IMG/VR virus record: IMGVR_UViG_2974671799_000001
Location: 64,001-128,000 of that record
From: a virus
Taxonomy: Duplodnaviria > Caudoviricetes
Reading direction: 5' to 3' (one strand)
Length of the DNA: 64,000 bases
Positions 1 to 10,031 of the stretch are shown here, piece after piece (position 1 is the first letter of the stretch; each line of letters begins with the position of its first letter). Under the pieces are notes generated by a model. That model was given only the letters and a program-made list of their open reading frames with translations. It ran no database searches and was not told the origin of the DNA. The translations under genes and the position numbers were made by a program.

Positions 1-238
1 GAAATGTTATTGTCAATGATGATTGTTTGCCTATTTTAAAGTCTTTATCTTTATAAATAACTTCTGCGAATAGGTTTCTATTGTTATTATTTGGTTTGCT
101 TAAATTTAGTGAAACTTCCATTCTATTATCCATATAAATGAATACTTTATCGGATTGTGTTTCAGTACCTAAATTAAACATAGCATCCAAACTACCTATA
201 TTTTTTACTGATTCTATTGCTTTATCTAATCTTATCAC
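1..238 (-). CDS. hypothetical protein, partial (runs off left edge)
   Basis: Read manually: GTG at 236-238 overlaps the TGA of the upstream ORF (GTGA); open frame MIRLDKAIESVKNIGSLDAMFNLG... continues to the window edge. Confidence 0.6.
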   Translation of the reverse strand, partial: MIRLDKAIESVKNIGSLDAMFNLGTETQSDKVFIYMDNRMEVSLNLSKPNNNNRNLFAEVIYKDKDFKIGKQSSLTITF

Positions 239-501
239 GTTTCTTTAGTTTTGTCTTTTGTGAAAATTTTATGTGTATCTAATACCGATTTTCTAATATT
301 CATTGATTCTCTAGAAATATTTAAAAGTATTTTTCTAACTTTTTGATAATCGGTATGTTTCATCTTATGAAGTTCAGAAAAAAATGGTTCAGCTTCCTCA
401 ACCATTTTTTTTAAACTCTGAAAATCATTATTTAGGAAGTCTGTTATTAATTTAACATTTTCCTTTAATTCGTTGGTAATTTCAACCTTTGTTCTTCTCA
501 T
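235..501 (-). CDS. hypothetical protein
   Basis: 88-aa ORF, coupled to both neighbours by start/stop overlaps. Confidence 0.7.
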   Translation of the reverse strand: MRRTKVEITNELKENVKLITDFLNNDFQSLKKMVEEAEPFFSELHKMKHTDYQKVRKILLNISRESMNIRKSVLDTHKIFTKDKTKET

Positions 502-941
502 TATTCATACTTCTTTAGTGTTGTTAAAGAAATATAATGATAACACCCCTTTAGGAAATTGGTAAAAGAGCGCGCAATTGCAATCTTTTGAAAAGGTTCT
601 TTCAATTCAATATCTACAAAATCCGTCCAAATATCATCACCAAACATACTTAAACGATATACTTCTGTATCACCAAACTTTTTTGATTTGATTGATAAAT
701 TAAGTTCTACATCAGCACCCTTAAAATATTTCGTGAAAACAGAGTATGAATCTTGTGTTTCATATGACATAATGAAAACATTTTCATTTTTAACAACTCT
801 AACATTCATTGTTTTCCTGAACTCATCCCAATTAGAATGCAGTTCACCCATTTTAAAATCTACTTGTTCAATTAATCGTTCAAGCTCTATTTCCTCACTA
901 TTTGTTAGTTTACCTGTTTTTGTTTTCAATATTGATATCAT
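501..941 (-). CDS. hypothetical protein
   Basis: 146-aa ORF in a tightly packed minus-strand operon. Confidence 0.7.
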   Translation of the reverse strand: MISILKTKTGKLTNSEEIELERLIEQVDFKMGELHSNWDEFRKTMNVRVVKNENVFIMSYETQDSYSVFTKYFKGADVELNLSIKSKKFGDTEVYRLSMFGDDIWTDFVDIELKEPFQKIAIARSFTNFLKGCYHYISLTTLKKYE

Positions 942-960
942 TGTTTAAACATTTTGTTTT

Positions 961-1212
961 TTATCTATTCACATTTATCATATCATTAAGTCGTTTCTTG
1001 CTAACAGACCATAGCAATCTATCTGAATTATTGATATTATCTTCAAAAGTATAATGATTCTTATTACCTCTCTTTACAGCCCTTAAAAAGTGATGTACTT
1101 GGATTTCGCTGAAAATACCAAGCACTTCACCATCTATTGTACAAACTTCAATTTCATTTTCATCGTTATAATAAATATAAACGACTAATTCAATTTTATG
1201 AATGTTTTCCAC
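961..1212 (-). CDS. hypothetical protein
   Basis: 83-aa ORF overlapping the end of the MazG-like gene. Confidence 0.65.
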   Translation of the reverse strand: MENIHKIELVVYIYYNDENEIEVCTIDGEVLGIFSEIQVHHFLRAVKRGNKNHYTFEDNINNSDRLLWSVSKKRLNDMINVNR

Positions 1213-1873
1213 TATATGTTTCCGATTCCTTTTCTAAGTCTCTTTCTAAAGCTTCTTTCATTGAAAATTTATCAGAGAATCTTGCTCTTAATTTATCAAT
1301 GTTTGTCTGTAAAAGTTCTTCGAATTTAGCAACAACTTCAACATATTCTAACTTATGCCAACCAAGCTCATAAATAATTCCTGCTACAGTTTTTATTGCA
1401 GATTCAACAATCTCTGTGGATTTATATTCAGCTCCATACGCAAATGACTTTTTAATATAATCACCAAAACTAAATCCTTCATAAATTAAGTTTTCTAAAG
1501 GATTAGCATATGTAGGGTAACCAAATACTCTTTTTATCATAGTGATTAAACTCGCATTCTTGTAATCTCTTTCTAATGAACATATATACATATATGCTTG
1601 TGTGAAAATTTCACCAAAATTTATGTTAAGCTCTTCTTTTCTTAACTCACTTTCGACACCAATAAACCACAATATATCACCACATTCCTCATATGCATTA
1701 TCCATATCGTTATTGAATAATGCTTTTAGTAGCTCACCAACTTCACCACTAACTCCTAATCCCATGTGTGTGGAGTTATTTAATGGTGTTCCCAAGTCGT
1801 TGAATGTTCTCATACATAAAGATGTGTAGTTTTCGATATTTACATCATTTTTTGGAAAATTTGTTTTACTCAT
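1196..1873 (-). CDS. MazG-like nucleoside triphosphate pyrophosphohydrolase
   Basis: GVSGEVGELL...EECGDILWF acidic motif and C-terminal NIDKLRARF, typical of all-alpha MazG-like NTP-PPases. Confidence 0.85.
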   Translation of the reverse strand: MSKTNFPKNDVNIENYTSLCMRTFNDLGTPLNNSTHMGLGVSGEVGELLKALFNNDMDNAYEECGDILWFIGVESELRKEELNINFGEIFTQAYMYICSLERDYKNASLITMIKRVFGYPTYANPLENLIYEGFSFGDYIKKSFAYGAEYKSTEIVESAIKTVAGIIYELGWHKLEYVEVVAKFEELLQTNIDKLRARFSDKFSMKEALERDLEKESETYSGKHS

Positions 1874-1917
1874 AAAAATTATTGTTTTTAAAAAAATTAT
1901 TGTTTAAATTTTACTAT

Positions 1918-2178
1918 TTATTCTATTGCTAAGTTCATATACATTTGAGCAAAATGTTCAAATTTTGGGTCACATTTTAGAACTTCTTCACACCTTACTA
2001 GAAATAAAACTAGTGGTAATCCCGAAACCTCAACAATCCTAAATAGTGTACCTGTTTTAACATCCTTACTATTCCAAATATTATTCAAGTGTTGTTGAGA
2101 TATTTCTAATTTTTCAGCAATTTCTTTTAATACTATATCATTTTCGACTAGTACTTCGCGTATTATTTTCGCATCCAT
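1918..2178 (-). CDS. XRE/Cro-family helix-turn-helix protein
   Basis: IVLKEIAEKLEISQQHLNNIWNS..VKTGTLFRI pattern. Confidence 0.8.
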   Translation of the reverse strand: MDAKIIREVLVENDIVLKEIAEKLEISQQHLNNIWNSKDVKTGTLFRIVEVSGLPLVLFLVRCEEVLKCDPKFEHFAQMYMNLAIE

Positions 2179-2223
2179 CTATATCACAAGGGGTTTTAAA
2201 TTATTGTAATAGCTTATATTTTG

Positions 2224-2255
2224 CAAATTTATGTATTTTTATCATTTAAACCAAA
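2224..2255 (-). promoter_or_regulatory. Bacteroidetes-type primary sigma promoter (-33 TTTG / -7 TAnnTTTG)
   Basis: Minus strand TTTG (2252-2255), 20-nt spacer, TAAATTTG (2224-2231), upstream of the HTH gene. Confidence 0.7.
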
Positions 2256-2273
2256 TTTATTTGTAGAAAATGG

Positions 2274-2309
2274 AAAAGTCCAGTTTTTTAATTAAAAAAC
2301 TGGACTTTT
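2274..2309 (-). terminator. intrinsic terminator hairpin
   Basis: AAAAGTCCAGTTTTT...AAAAACTGGACTTTT inverted repeat downstream of the 489-aa ORF. Confidence 0.75.
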
Positions 2310-2310
2310 T

Positions 2311-2375
2311 ATGTGTATTAAAGTTGACATTTTGTATGAAAAAACAGACAAATGTGTATTAAAGTTGACATTTTG
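2311..2375. repeat. perfect 24-bp direct repeat (2 copies)
   Basis: ATGTGTATTAAAGTTGACATTTTG at 2311-2334 and 2352-2375, 17-bp spacer. Confidence 0.95.
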
Positions 2376-2391
2376 ACGGTTTTATCATACA

Positions 2392-3861
2392 TTATTTTTC
2401 AATCCTTTCAATATTACCGTAACTCACAACTATATTATTTTCATCAAGTAAATAATAGGTTTTATCAGTTGTGTAGAATGATTCACTACCAACAGTAAAT
2501 GTTGTTTTACTATCTGTAACATTCTCATAACTAGAATTTCCTATCATAAGTTTAACCTTACTCAATAAACTCAAATCGATATCAGTATTTATTCTCACCG
2601 TCTGTATAAAAGGTGTTAAGGTGATGGTGTTTAATCGACCCTCAACCTTTACGAAAACTGGTCTATCAATATTAACTATTTTAGGTGTATCGTTCTTATA
2701 TACAACCTGTCTAACATCCTTTGTGACATTCCTAGTTAATCTATCTTCTGAAATATCTAAATTTATTTCTTGAACCTTTAAAATATCAGGATTCGCAATA
2801 ACAACTTGACCACTTCTACGAATAGTACTATTATCATTCATTGTGATAACACATTCTATTTCAACATTAATTTGTGAAGATTCGTCTTGTGGATTCAATC
2901 TATATTCAGTAATAGAAAACATATCAATCGGATTAGATAATTTAATAACTCTATTACCTATTAAATCTGAATTTTCTTTATATTCTGAAAACAAAAATGT
3001 ATATTCAACACTTACAGGTGTTGAATCTATTTTAAGCATAGATTCTAAATCAAATCTCTCGTGGATTATCTGAGCAGAAACAGTACCATTAGATTTTACA
3101 CTAGCTTCTAAAACAATTTCATCATTACTAAATCTTGCAGAAAATTGTGAACGTGATTTATCAGCATCATAGAACTTTGTAAATTGCTTACCAAACTCAC
3201 TAAAGTTTACAATTTCAGATATATTAACACCTGCGTGTTCAACAAAAAGTGTATCAATATCATCTGTTCCAAATAAATACTCTTTTATTTCTATAACATC
3301 CGAATTTTCACTAGTAAATAAGTATTGTAAATCCAACATTCTAAACTCAATAGCTGAGTTGAAAACTTGATTATCAAATAATACTTCGGGAATTGCTAAA
3401 ATCTTTGAATTATCATAAGTATCTAAAACACTTAGTAAATCAACCCTTTGATTATTACTTGGTCTTATTGCACTAATATTTAAAGTTGTCATAGCAACAC
3501 CATCACCTACAGTAGAGTATGAAAACCCTTGTGCAAATAACATTCTAACTTTCTTATATTGAATAGTTGGATTTGAAACTAAACTTAGAATTGTGTTTAA
3601 ATCCTTGTTATCATGAAAGTTTGCTGAAATTTTATCATCAGGATAAAAGTTTGGTGTTGATGAAAGGAAAATATTATCCTCACTTATATATGAGTTTTCG
3701 CGGTCTTCATTTTGACCATCTTCAAATAATAACATTTTCCTGTTATAGAAATCAGCACCAAAATCATAAGCTAATAATTTTGGTGACTCATTTATATTTA
3801 TTGACTCAATAGCATCGGTAATCTCTAATACTACATTTTTTGAAATTCGTATTCTATTCAT
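2392..3861 (-). CDS. hypothetical protein (acidic, beta-rich; possibly virion structural)
   Basis: 489-aa ORF, no catalytic motif recognised. Confidence 0.6.
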   Translation of the reverse strand: MNRIRISKNVVLEITDAIESININESPKLLAYDFGADFYNRKMLLFEDGQNEDRENSYISEDNIFLSSTPNFYPDDKISANFHDNKDLNTILSLVSNPTIQYKKVRMLFAQGFSYSTVGDGVAMTTLNISAIRPSNNQRVDLLSVLDTYDNSKILAIPEVLFDNQVFNSAIEFRMLDLQYLFTSENSDVIEIKEYLFGTDDIDTLFVEHAGVNISEIVNFSEFGKQFTKFYDADKSRSQFSARFSNDEIVLEASVKSNGTVSAQIIHERFDLESMLKIDSTPVSVEYTFLFSEYKENSDLIGNRVIKLSNPIDMFSITEYRLNPQDESSQINVEIECVITMNDNSTIRRSGQVVIANPDILKVQEINLDISEDRLTRNVTKDVRQVVYKNDTPKIVNIDRPVFVKVEGRLNTITLTPFIQTVRINTDIDLSLLSKVKLMIGNSSYENVTDSKTTFTVGSESFYTTDKTYYLLDENNIVVSYGNIERIEK

Positions 3862-3878
3862 TGTTAATTTATCTTTAT

Positions 3879-4655
3879 TTATTTATCTTTTGAGACTAAA
3901 ACAATTTTATGTTCCATATCACTCATAAGATAAACTCTTATTGATAACACATCTTTAATCTTTTTATATTCTTTAACAGCATTAATTAAATATTCCAAAT
4001 GTTTCTTATCAGGTTTTTGTCTATACTGTTCTTTAATTTTTTCAACAAAGAAATAGATATTGGTATAGTTAGCATAATTATCCTTTGACTGATACCACAT
4101 TATTTTAGAAAAATCACTATAATCATCATCTAATAAAAGTATAGCGTGACCCATTTCATGAGCTAAAACATAAGCTCTACCAGTTGAGTCAAAATATGTC
4201 GCATCTGAAAGAACTATTTCATCAGGGAATAATTCACCATCTATAACATCAAATGTTGTATAAGCTATTGGATAAACTTTATCACCATTTTTATTAATTG
4301 AATATCCCATATTATGAGATTCCTTAACATAGAATAAAATATTATCGTAACGTTCTTGATATTTATCATTCCAAAAACCATTATCAATTCCTATCTGTCT
4401 CCAAATTTCAGCATCCTTTTCGACTTCGGGTGAATCATATTTCATATTGAAATTTCTAGTCTGCATTTCATTTACTGTTTCGATTGTGAAATTTTTACCG
4501 TTATACCAACCAGTATTATAACTAATTCGGAACACTATAACCACCACCAACATGAAAGTTAGTGGTGAGAAAATTAGTCTAAAATCTTCAACACTTCTTA
4601 GTTTGTTTAACACACCTTCTATAACATTTGTACTCTTTTTTGTAAATTTCTTCAT
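3879..4655 (-). CDS. membrane-anchored zinc metalloprotease (metzincin-like)
   Basis: N-terminal hydrophobic helix (LIFSPLTFMLVVVIVF); VLAHEMGHAILLLDD zinc motif; IMWY Met-turn-like segment. Confidence 0.7.
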   Translation of the reverse strand: MKKFTKKSTNVIEGVLNKLRSVEDFRLIFSPLTFMLVVVIVFRISYNTGWYNGKNFTIETVNEMQTRNFNMKYDSPEVEKDAEIWRQIGIDNGFWNDKYQERYDNILFYVKESHNMGYSINKNGDKVYPIAYTTFDVIDGELFPDEIVLSDATYFDSTGRAYVLAHEMGHAILLLDDDYSDFSKIMWYQSKDNYANYTNIYFFVEKIKEQYRQKPDKKHLEYLINAVKEYKKIKDVLSIRVYLMSDMEHKIVLVSKDK

Positions 4656-4798
4656 TATTTTACTGAATTTAATTCGTTATCTATTTCTTTTAAAAGTTCT
4701 TCATTCTTAACACATTCTCTATGAATGTCACCTTCTTTAATCATATTTTTTAAAATGTCTCTATCGACAGACTTACATATATAATCAAATTTGCTCAT
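4655..4798 (-). CDS. small hypothetical protein (47 aa, not in ORF track)
   Basis: MSKFDYICKSVDRDILKNMIKEGDIHRECVKNEELLKEIDNELNSVK*; fills the gap, TAATG overlap with the next gene. Confidence 0.7.
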   Translation of the reverse strand: MSKFDYICKSVDRDILKNMIKEGDIHRECVKNEELLKEIDNELNSVK

Positions 4799-4800
4799 AA

Positions 4801-6768
4801 TTAACTCCTTTTATCTGTTGCTACCTTTGTTTTCATTGTTCTTTCAAAATCATTTGATGATTTAATACTCAAAACCTTCTTTGATAAATCATAATTTTGC
4901 TTTATGTTTTCTTCGATAGTTTCATCCAAAATATCATAATTTATATCATTGAATCTAATATTATCGAATGAACTAAAGTCTATAGTATCTATTTTAACTC
5001 CATTATCATTGATATAAGAAATTAAATATCTATCAACATTATGTAACTCATACTCATCATTAACAATATTTATATATTTCTCAGAGCTATGTGTTTTATT
5101 AATAAATAATCTTCCACTTTTCAACAAACTAACAGATTCTGTATAATTATTAATATCAGCATAACCATATTCCCAAATTTGATTAGATAGTTTTTTAGCA
5201 AAATAATCTAAAGAATTTGCTTTAAATATTTTCTCATATCTATTATTGATAATACCCAAAGGTGCGCTGTATTCATTTATTGATAATTTTTTACTTTCAA
5301 TTATGTTGTGATAATCTTTAACAAATTGTTTTGACGAATCATGTTCCAAATCATATAAGATAAAACTAGTATCATTAACTATTTGTTTAAATGTTTCATA
5401 AATCATTCTTTCAAAAAGATTATTACTATTCTTACTTTTAAAGTATTTTGTTACTTCAAAATGTCTATAATTTTCAACCTCACCAACCTTATTGAAATTA
5501 TTATCAAAAAACTCAGCGTGTGAAACTAGTTTATTCTGATATTTTTTAATCTTGTTGCGTCTATATGTTGATACAATATAACCATTTTCAGATTTATAAA
5601 GAAAAGAAACACTACTATCATGTTTATACACCAAATTCGTTAATGTTTGTATTGTCGTTTTGATATATTCATCATACTTTAGTTTTATTTCATATTTTTC
5701 CCTTTTATAATCATCAACCAATTCAGAAAATTCTATTCCGTTTTTAGTTTTACCGCCATTTTTTAACATTAAAATAAATGAATATCTCTCTAACGCTTCA
5801 CTATCAATATTACCATTTAATACACCATCAATGATAGTTTTAATGTTATAATCCCACGAATCCAATACATTTTCGAATGAACCACATTCTATTGAAACCT
5901 TTCTATTTTTAACACTTTTACTCATTTTTGTTGGGAATTTTATATTTTCGCCACCAATATAGTGTTCGTGATTTCTTATTTTGAAATTCTCAATAGACTT
6001 TTTAATATTACCACCAATGTTGTAGGTTTTTGATTCATCAATATCGAACATTAAATCTACTGGCTCATCCTTCATCAATACAGTAAATCTATGACCATCG
6101 AAATATACATCACTTGGTAAATTAATTTTTGAAATGAAATCATTTTCACATTCCTTTATTTCTCTTTGATAATCATAAATTTTACACAATTTATCTGAAT
6201 TAACTCTACCGTAATTTGAATTTTTACTATAATCAAATAAGTCATTTAAGAAACTTATACCATTAACTTTAACCAATTTACTACTTTCCAATGAATTTAT
6301 ATTAACCTCTTCGATTCGTCTTCTAAATTCCAAATCAACAACACCTAATCCAAACCAAAGGTTACATAATGTTCTTTTAGAATATGTTTTTATTGCTTTC
6401 TTACTATAATCATCTAAGAATGCAAAATTAAAAGCATCATCATCTTTAGGAAACTTTTCGAAATCAGATTCATTCAATAATGAAAGTCTAAATATATGTT
6501 GTAATGTAATATCCTTTTTATTTTCAGTATTTCGCAAATAAACTAGATACTTATATACAAATACAGCATTTTGGATAAGTGGTGTGTATAAGAACACCTC
6601 ATCCATATTTCTAAAACATTTTGATTTAACATTATTTATATCATAACCATCAAAGAATCTAACAGGTATATTTTTATTATAATCCTTTATATAATAAGAT
6701 AATGATTTTTTTGGATTGAAATCATCATTATACAATTCCTGAAATAAGTGCTTTTTAATTTTATTCAT
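4801..6768 (-). CDS. hypothetical protein
   Basis: 655-aa ORF, no motif recognised. Confidence 0.7.
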   Translation of the reverse strand: MNKIKKHLFQELYNDDFNPKKSLSYYIKDYNKNIPVRFFDGYDINNVKSKCFRNMDEVFLYTPLIQNAVFVYKYLVYLRNTENKKDITLQHIFRLSLLNESDFEKFPKDDDAFNFAFLDDYSKKAIKTYSKRTLCNLWFGLGVVDLEFRRRIEEVNINSLESSKLVKVNGISFLNDLFDYSKNSNYGRVNSDKLCKIYDYQREIKECENDFISKINLPSDVYFDGHRFTVLMKDEPVDLMFDIDESKTYNIGGNIKKSIENFKIRNHEHYIGGENIKFPTKMSKSVKNRKVSIECGSFENVLDSWDYNIKTIIDGVLNGNIDSEALERYSFILMLKNGGKTKNGIEFSELVDDYKREKYEIKLKYDEYIKTTIQTLTNLVYKHDSSVSFLYKSENGYIVSTYRRNKIKKYQNKLVSHAEFFDNNFNKVGEVENYRHFEVTKYFKSKNSNNLFERMIYETFKQIVNDTSFILYDLEHDSSKQFVKDYHNIIESKKLSINEYSAPLGIINNRYEKIFKANSLDYFAKKLSNQIWEYGYADINNYTESVSLLKSGRLFINKTHSSEKYINIVNDEYELHNVDRYLISYINDNGVKIDTIDFSSFDNIRFNDINYDILDETIEENIKQNYDLSKKVLSIKSSNDFERTMKTKVATDKRS

Positions 6769-7102
6769 AGAGTCTATGTAAATATAAGGTTAATGCATTC
6801 AACATAGCATCCACACGTAGATTATCAGAGAAGTCATAACAATCTTGGGTATAATCAATAGTTATATCATTGTTTGTGTCTTCTATTTTATAATTAACAG
6901 ACTTGTAAAAATTACCCTTACTATCTTTATTACTGGTTACTGAAAAACTAACAGTCACACCAACAGTATTGAAATTCTCATACCTATCATAGAAAACTTC
7001 CAACCAACGAGGGTTTTTATAACTTACACTAACATCAGTATGTTTTGTTATTAAACTGATTTTATCATTAATCGATAATTCGTAAACTTCTTTATTAGTC
7101 AT
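6761..7102 (-). CDS. hypothetical protein
   Basis: 113-aa ORF preceded by a TATATTTG -7 element (7129-7136). Confidence 0.7.
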   Translation of the reverse strand: MTNKEVYELSINDKISLITKHTDVSVSYKNPRWLEVFYDRYENFNTVGVTVSFSVTSNKDSKGNFYKSVNYKIEDTNNDITIDYTQDCYDFSDNLRVDAMLNALTLYLHRLYE

Positions 7103-7153
7103 TTTTATTATTATTTAAAATTGAATTACAAATATACATAAATATTTGAAATA

Positions 7154-7187
7154 AAAAAATTCCAACTATTTTTAGTTGGAATTTTTT
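7154..7187 (-). terminator. intrinsic terminator hairpin
   Basis: AAAAAATTCCAACTA-TTTT-TAGTTGGAATTTTTT. Confidence 0.75.
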
Positions 7188-7191
7188 ATTA

Positions 7192-7377
7192 TTATTTCTT
7201 CTTCTTTTTATTTGGTTTACTATCCAAATCAGAACCTGTTTTTGAATCTATGGTATCAGTAACATTAGATGATATATCACCATTTGTTACAGAACCCATA
7301 CCATCAATACCATCAGGTGTACTAGCGAACTCATTTTCACTTATCTTCTCTTCTAAGTATATACTAATCTTCTTCAT
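7192..7377 (-). CDS. small protein, candidate internal head protein
   Basis: 61 aa; N-terminus MKKISIYLEEKISE resembles a capsid-targeting leader; basic tail. Confidence 0.5.
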   Translation of the reverse strand: MKKISIYLEEKISENEFASTPDGIDGMGSVTNGDISSNVTDTIDSKTGSDLDSKPNKKKKK

Positions 7378-8227
7378 TCGTCTCAGGTTCTATAACTTTA
7401 ACTTCTATTTTACTACCAGTTTCATCAATTTCTTCCTTATCTTCTAACTCATCTTCATTAACTGTTGTATTTATTTGTTTATCACCTTGACCATCTGAAA
7501 TATAATAAGGAACTTCTTCACTCTTATTCATTATAGCAGGTAAAACTTTAGTTCTTTCTTTACCATCAGCAGTTGTTGTCTTAATGTTTAAATTCATCAT
7601 TTCACCATCCTTAATATATGAATCTAAATCATCAGTTTTAACCAAATCTTTTAAATCATCTTTACGTACAATATCAGAATCATTTAGAGCCTCATTTACA
7701 GCATCATTTACAGCATCATTTAAACCATCATTTAAACCATCATTTAAACCATCACCTATTTTAGATTTTAATGCTTTTGTGAAATCAAGTTCTCCTGCAT
7801 ATGCTTTAATTGTGAATGGAATCATGATTGCAAAAGGAATAGCTATTATCATACTAGACCAATTTACAGCATCAGTTCCCCAAACAGAAATAACATATTT
7901 ATTAGCCCAGTAATAAACGTTTGCGTATATTTCGAATGCAAAGAAAAGCCATACTAACTGTTTTACAACCTTTGAACCACCATTTGAAGCTCGGATTGTA
8001 AAGTAAAGTAATGCACCACTTAAACCGAATGCACCAATTGTCGTTTGAATTAGGTTCAACCAAAAGATATCAAATGATGATAATTGAAAAAATAAGAATC
8101 CATTATGGAAAGTTTGAGTGATTACACCTAATGTTGCTAAAATAAATGCTGTTCCAGTAGAACCGAATTTTTCAGCAAATTCAATGACCTTTAATAAAGG
8201 TACTTTGTTTGTCTGTTGTTTACTCAT
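7364..8227 (-). CDS. 4-TM membrane protein with tetrapeptide repeat and acidic tail
   Basis: Four hydrophobic helices in the N-terminal half; DGLN/DAVN repeats encoded by a 12-bp tandem repeat. Confidence 0.75.
   Translation of the reverse strand: MSKQQTNKVPLLKVIEFAEKFGSTGTAFILATLGVITQTFHNGFLFFQLSSFDIFWLNLIQTTIGAFGLSGALLYFTIRASNGGSKVVKQLVWLFFAFEIYANVYYWANKYVISVWGTDAVNWSSMIIAIPFAIMIPFTIKAYAGELDFTKALKSKIGDGLNDGLNDGLNDAVNDAVNEALNDSDIVRKDDLKDLVKTDDLDSYIKDGEMMNLNIKTTTADGKERTKVLPAIMNKSEEVPYYISDGQGDKQINTTVNEDELEDKEEIDETGSKIEVKVIEPETNEED
7679..7754. repeat. 12-bp in-frame tandem repeat (about 6 degenerate copies)
   Basis: CATCATTTAAAC / CATCATTTACAG units. Confidence 0.9.
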
Positions 8228-8266
8228 GTTTGAAAAATGTTTAAAAAATGTTATGTAAAATTGATT

Positions 8267-9220
8267 TTAAGCGTATATAGAGTAATTTTTTTCCCAAGAT
8301 GGTATATAGATATCAACATTACTAGAAAAGTCTCTTAAAACGAATGGTAGAGCTTCTCGTAAAACATCATCTTTATCCATTAGGATTGTCATATTAGTAT
8401 CTTTTAACTTCCTTACAAGTCTATCACTCGATGAAAAAGAATCTTGAATCATCTGAATAGTATCTTCTAGTGAATAATCTAATACATTACTAAATATCAC
8501 TTGTTTATATTTATATATCTTTTTATCCTTAATTACATCATCAAATACTCTACTTGACCCATAAACAGGTGTAGGCATTATTAAAACTTTATGATTTGGG
8601 TTTTTAGACATATAATCTATTAAATCTTTATACTGAGGGCAAATCTTTTGTGATAGTATATCTGAATAAACTTTTTTAGTTAATTCATCCTCATGATGTA
8701 GATTTTCTTTAAACTCAGTAAAAGTCAATGCATTAGTCATACATTGGTCAACATCAGTTACTTTAAAATCTTCATCTGAATCAACAATATCATAAAAACT
8801 ATAATCATCACTTATTCTAGATTCTGATGTATAATCATCGGAATCATTGAATGCGTCCATAATAATCGAATCATTAGTTCCCATTTGCATTTCTTTAGTT
8901 TCGCGATATGTTGTACCATAGCATGAACTAAATCTAAATTCAACATTACCATCCAATAATTCGTTAGTAATCTCTTTTAGAATATCAACATCTGATGGTT
9001 TTGATTTAGCATCCATTACTAAAATAAAATCATCGAACATTGAACGACTATAATAGTATCTAAATAGTGACAATGCTCTAAAAACAGATGGGCATGATAA
9101 AATAGATGGTGTTTCATCTGAAAATTTATAATCCTTGTGTATTGCTATATAAGCAAATGTTTTTGTATTCATATAAAAATATTTTTTTGCAAATAACGTG
9201 ATTAATTTTTGATTATACAA
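8267..9220 (-). CDS. hypothetical protein
   Basis: 317-aa ORF; annotated start is TTG, and a slightly downstream ATG (MNTKT) is plausible. Confidence 0.65.
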   Translation of the reverse strand: MYNQKLITLFAKKYFYMNTKTFAYIAIHKDYKFSDETPSILSCPSVFRALSLFRYYYSRSMFDDFILVMDAKSKPSDVDILKEITNELLDGNVEFRFSSCYGTTYRETKEMQMGTNDSIIMDAFNDSDDYTSESRISDDYSFYDIVDSDEDFKVTDVDQCMTNALTFTEFKENLHHEDELTKKVYSDILSQKICPQYKDLIDYMSKNPNHKVLIMPTPVYGSSRVFDDVIKDKKIYKYKQVIFSNVLDYSLEDTIQMIQDSFSSSDRLVRKLKDTNMTILMDKDDVLREALPFVLRDFSSNVDIYIPSWEKNYSIYA

Positions 9221-9293
9221 ATAAAGTGACTAAATTTTAAAAATCTAGCCACTTTTTGTAAAATTATAAACAATAATATAATCAACTTATTCT

Positions 9294-9986
9294 TTATACT
9301 ACTTGTTCCGCATCTGTTACTACAACTTCTTCTTCACCTTCATGCTTTTTTATCGGTGCATCAGCATCAACCAATCCCAACTCTAAAATATACTTTTTGA
9401 TTTTACCTTCAATCATGTTCGCGGCTTCTGCAATCATTTTCACCTTAACATCTAAATACCAAACTGACGCGTAAACAGATTTCATGTTTTCACGAATGAT
9501 TTTTAATTCTTTCGCTTCTTTTAATGTTTTGAAAGTTAATTTACTCCATAATTCAGATACTTTTCTAACTTGCTCTAAAGAAAGTGTAATAGCATCTTTT
9601 TCAGGGTCAACACCATCAAACATTTCAGAAATAGTAATGAAATTATCTAAATTCTCAACACCTTTAGAAAATGATTGGTAGTAACGAACATCTTCACATA
9701 AAACCTTTAATGCTTTTAACGGTAAACCTCTTAATAAAATCGGAATAGATTCTGTTGCAACCTTCTCAGAATTATATACCTTATATAATTCATTAATAAC
9801 ATTATCCTTTCCATGTTCTTTAATAAAATCAACACCTGCCATTGGTTCGAAAACCTCTCTTACTTCATCTTCAATATGTTGAATAAGTTCGTTCGCATAC
9901 TCTTGTGTTAATTCTCTTGTTACTTCAATTGCTCCTGTTTCTGCATTAATAACTGGCTCTAAAACAGCCTTTGCTTCTGTACTCAT
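9294..9986 (-). CDS. hypothetical protein (acidic, helical)
   Basis: 230-aa ORF with a conserved upstream motif (10032-10044). Confidence 0.75.
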   Translation of the reverse strand: MSTEAKAVLEPVINAETGAIEVTRELTQEYANELIQHIEDEVREVFEPMAGVDFIKEHGKDNVINELYKVYNSEKVATESIPILLRGLPLKALKVLCEDVRYYQSFSKGVENLDNFITISEMFDGVDPEKDAITLSLEQVRKVSELWSKLTFKTLKEAKELKIIRENMKSVYASVWYLDVKVKMIAEAANMIEGKIKKYILELGLVDADAPIKKHEGEEEVVVTDAEQVV

Positions 9987-10031
9987 AATTTAAAAATTTA
10001 ATAAGTTAATAATATAATTTGTTTTTACATA

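Noticed and set aside
2311-2375. Possible mini-CRISPR array
   Set aside because: Only two repeats, a 17-bp spacer, no palindromic repeat structure and no cas genes in the window
7584-7913. Plus-strand ORF with ASFT/PSFK repeats, and the other short opposite-strand ORFs in the track (e.g. 688, 1602, 2843, 19148, 27598, 42227, 46776, 52375)
   Set aside because: Antisense shadows of well-supported genes, with the Ser/Phe/Leu-rich composition expected from reverse-complemented coding DNA
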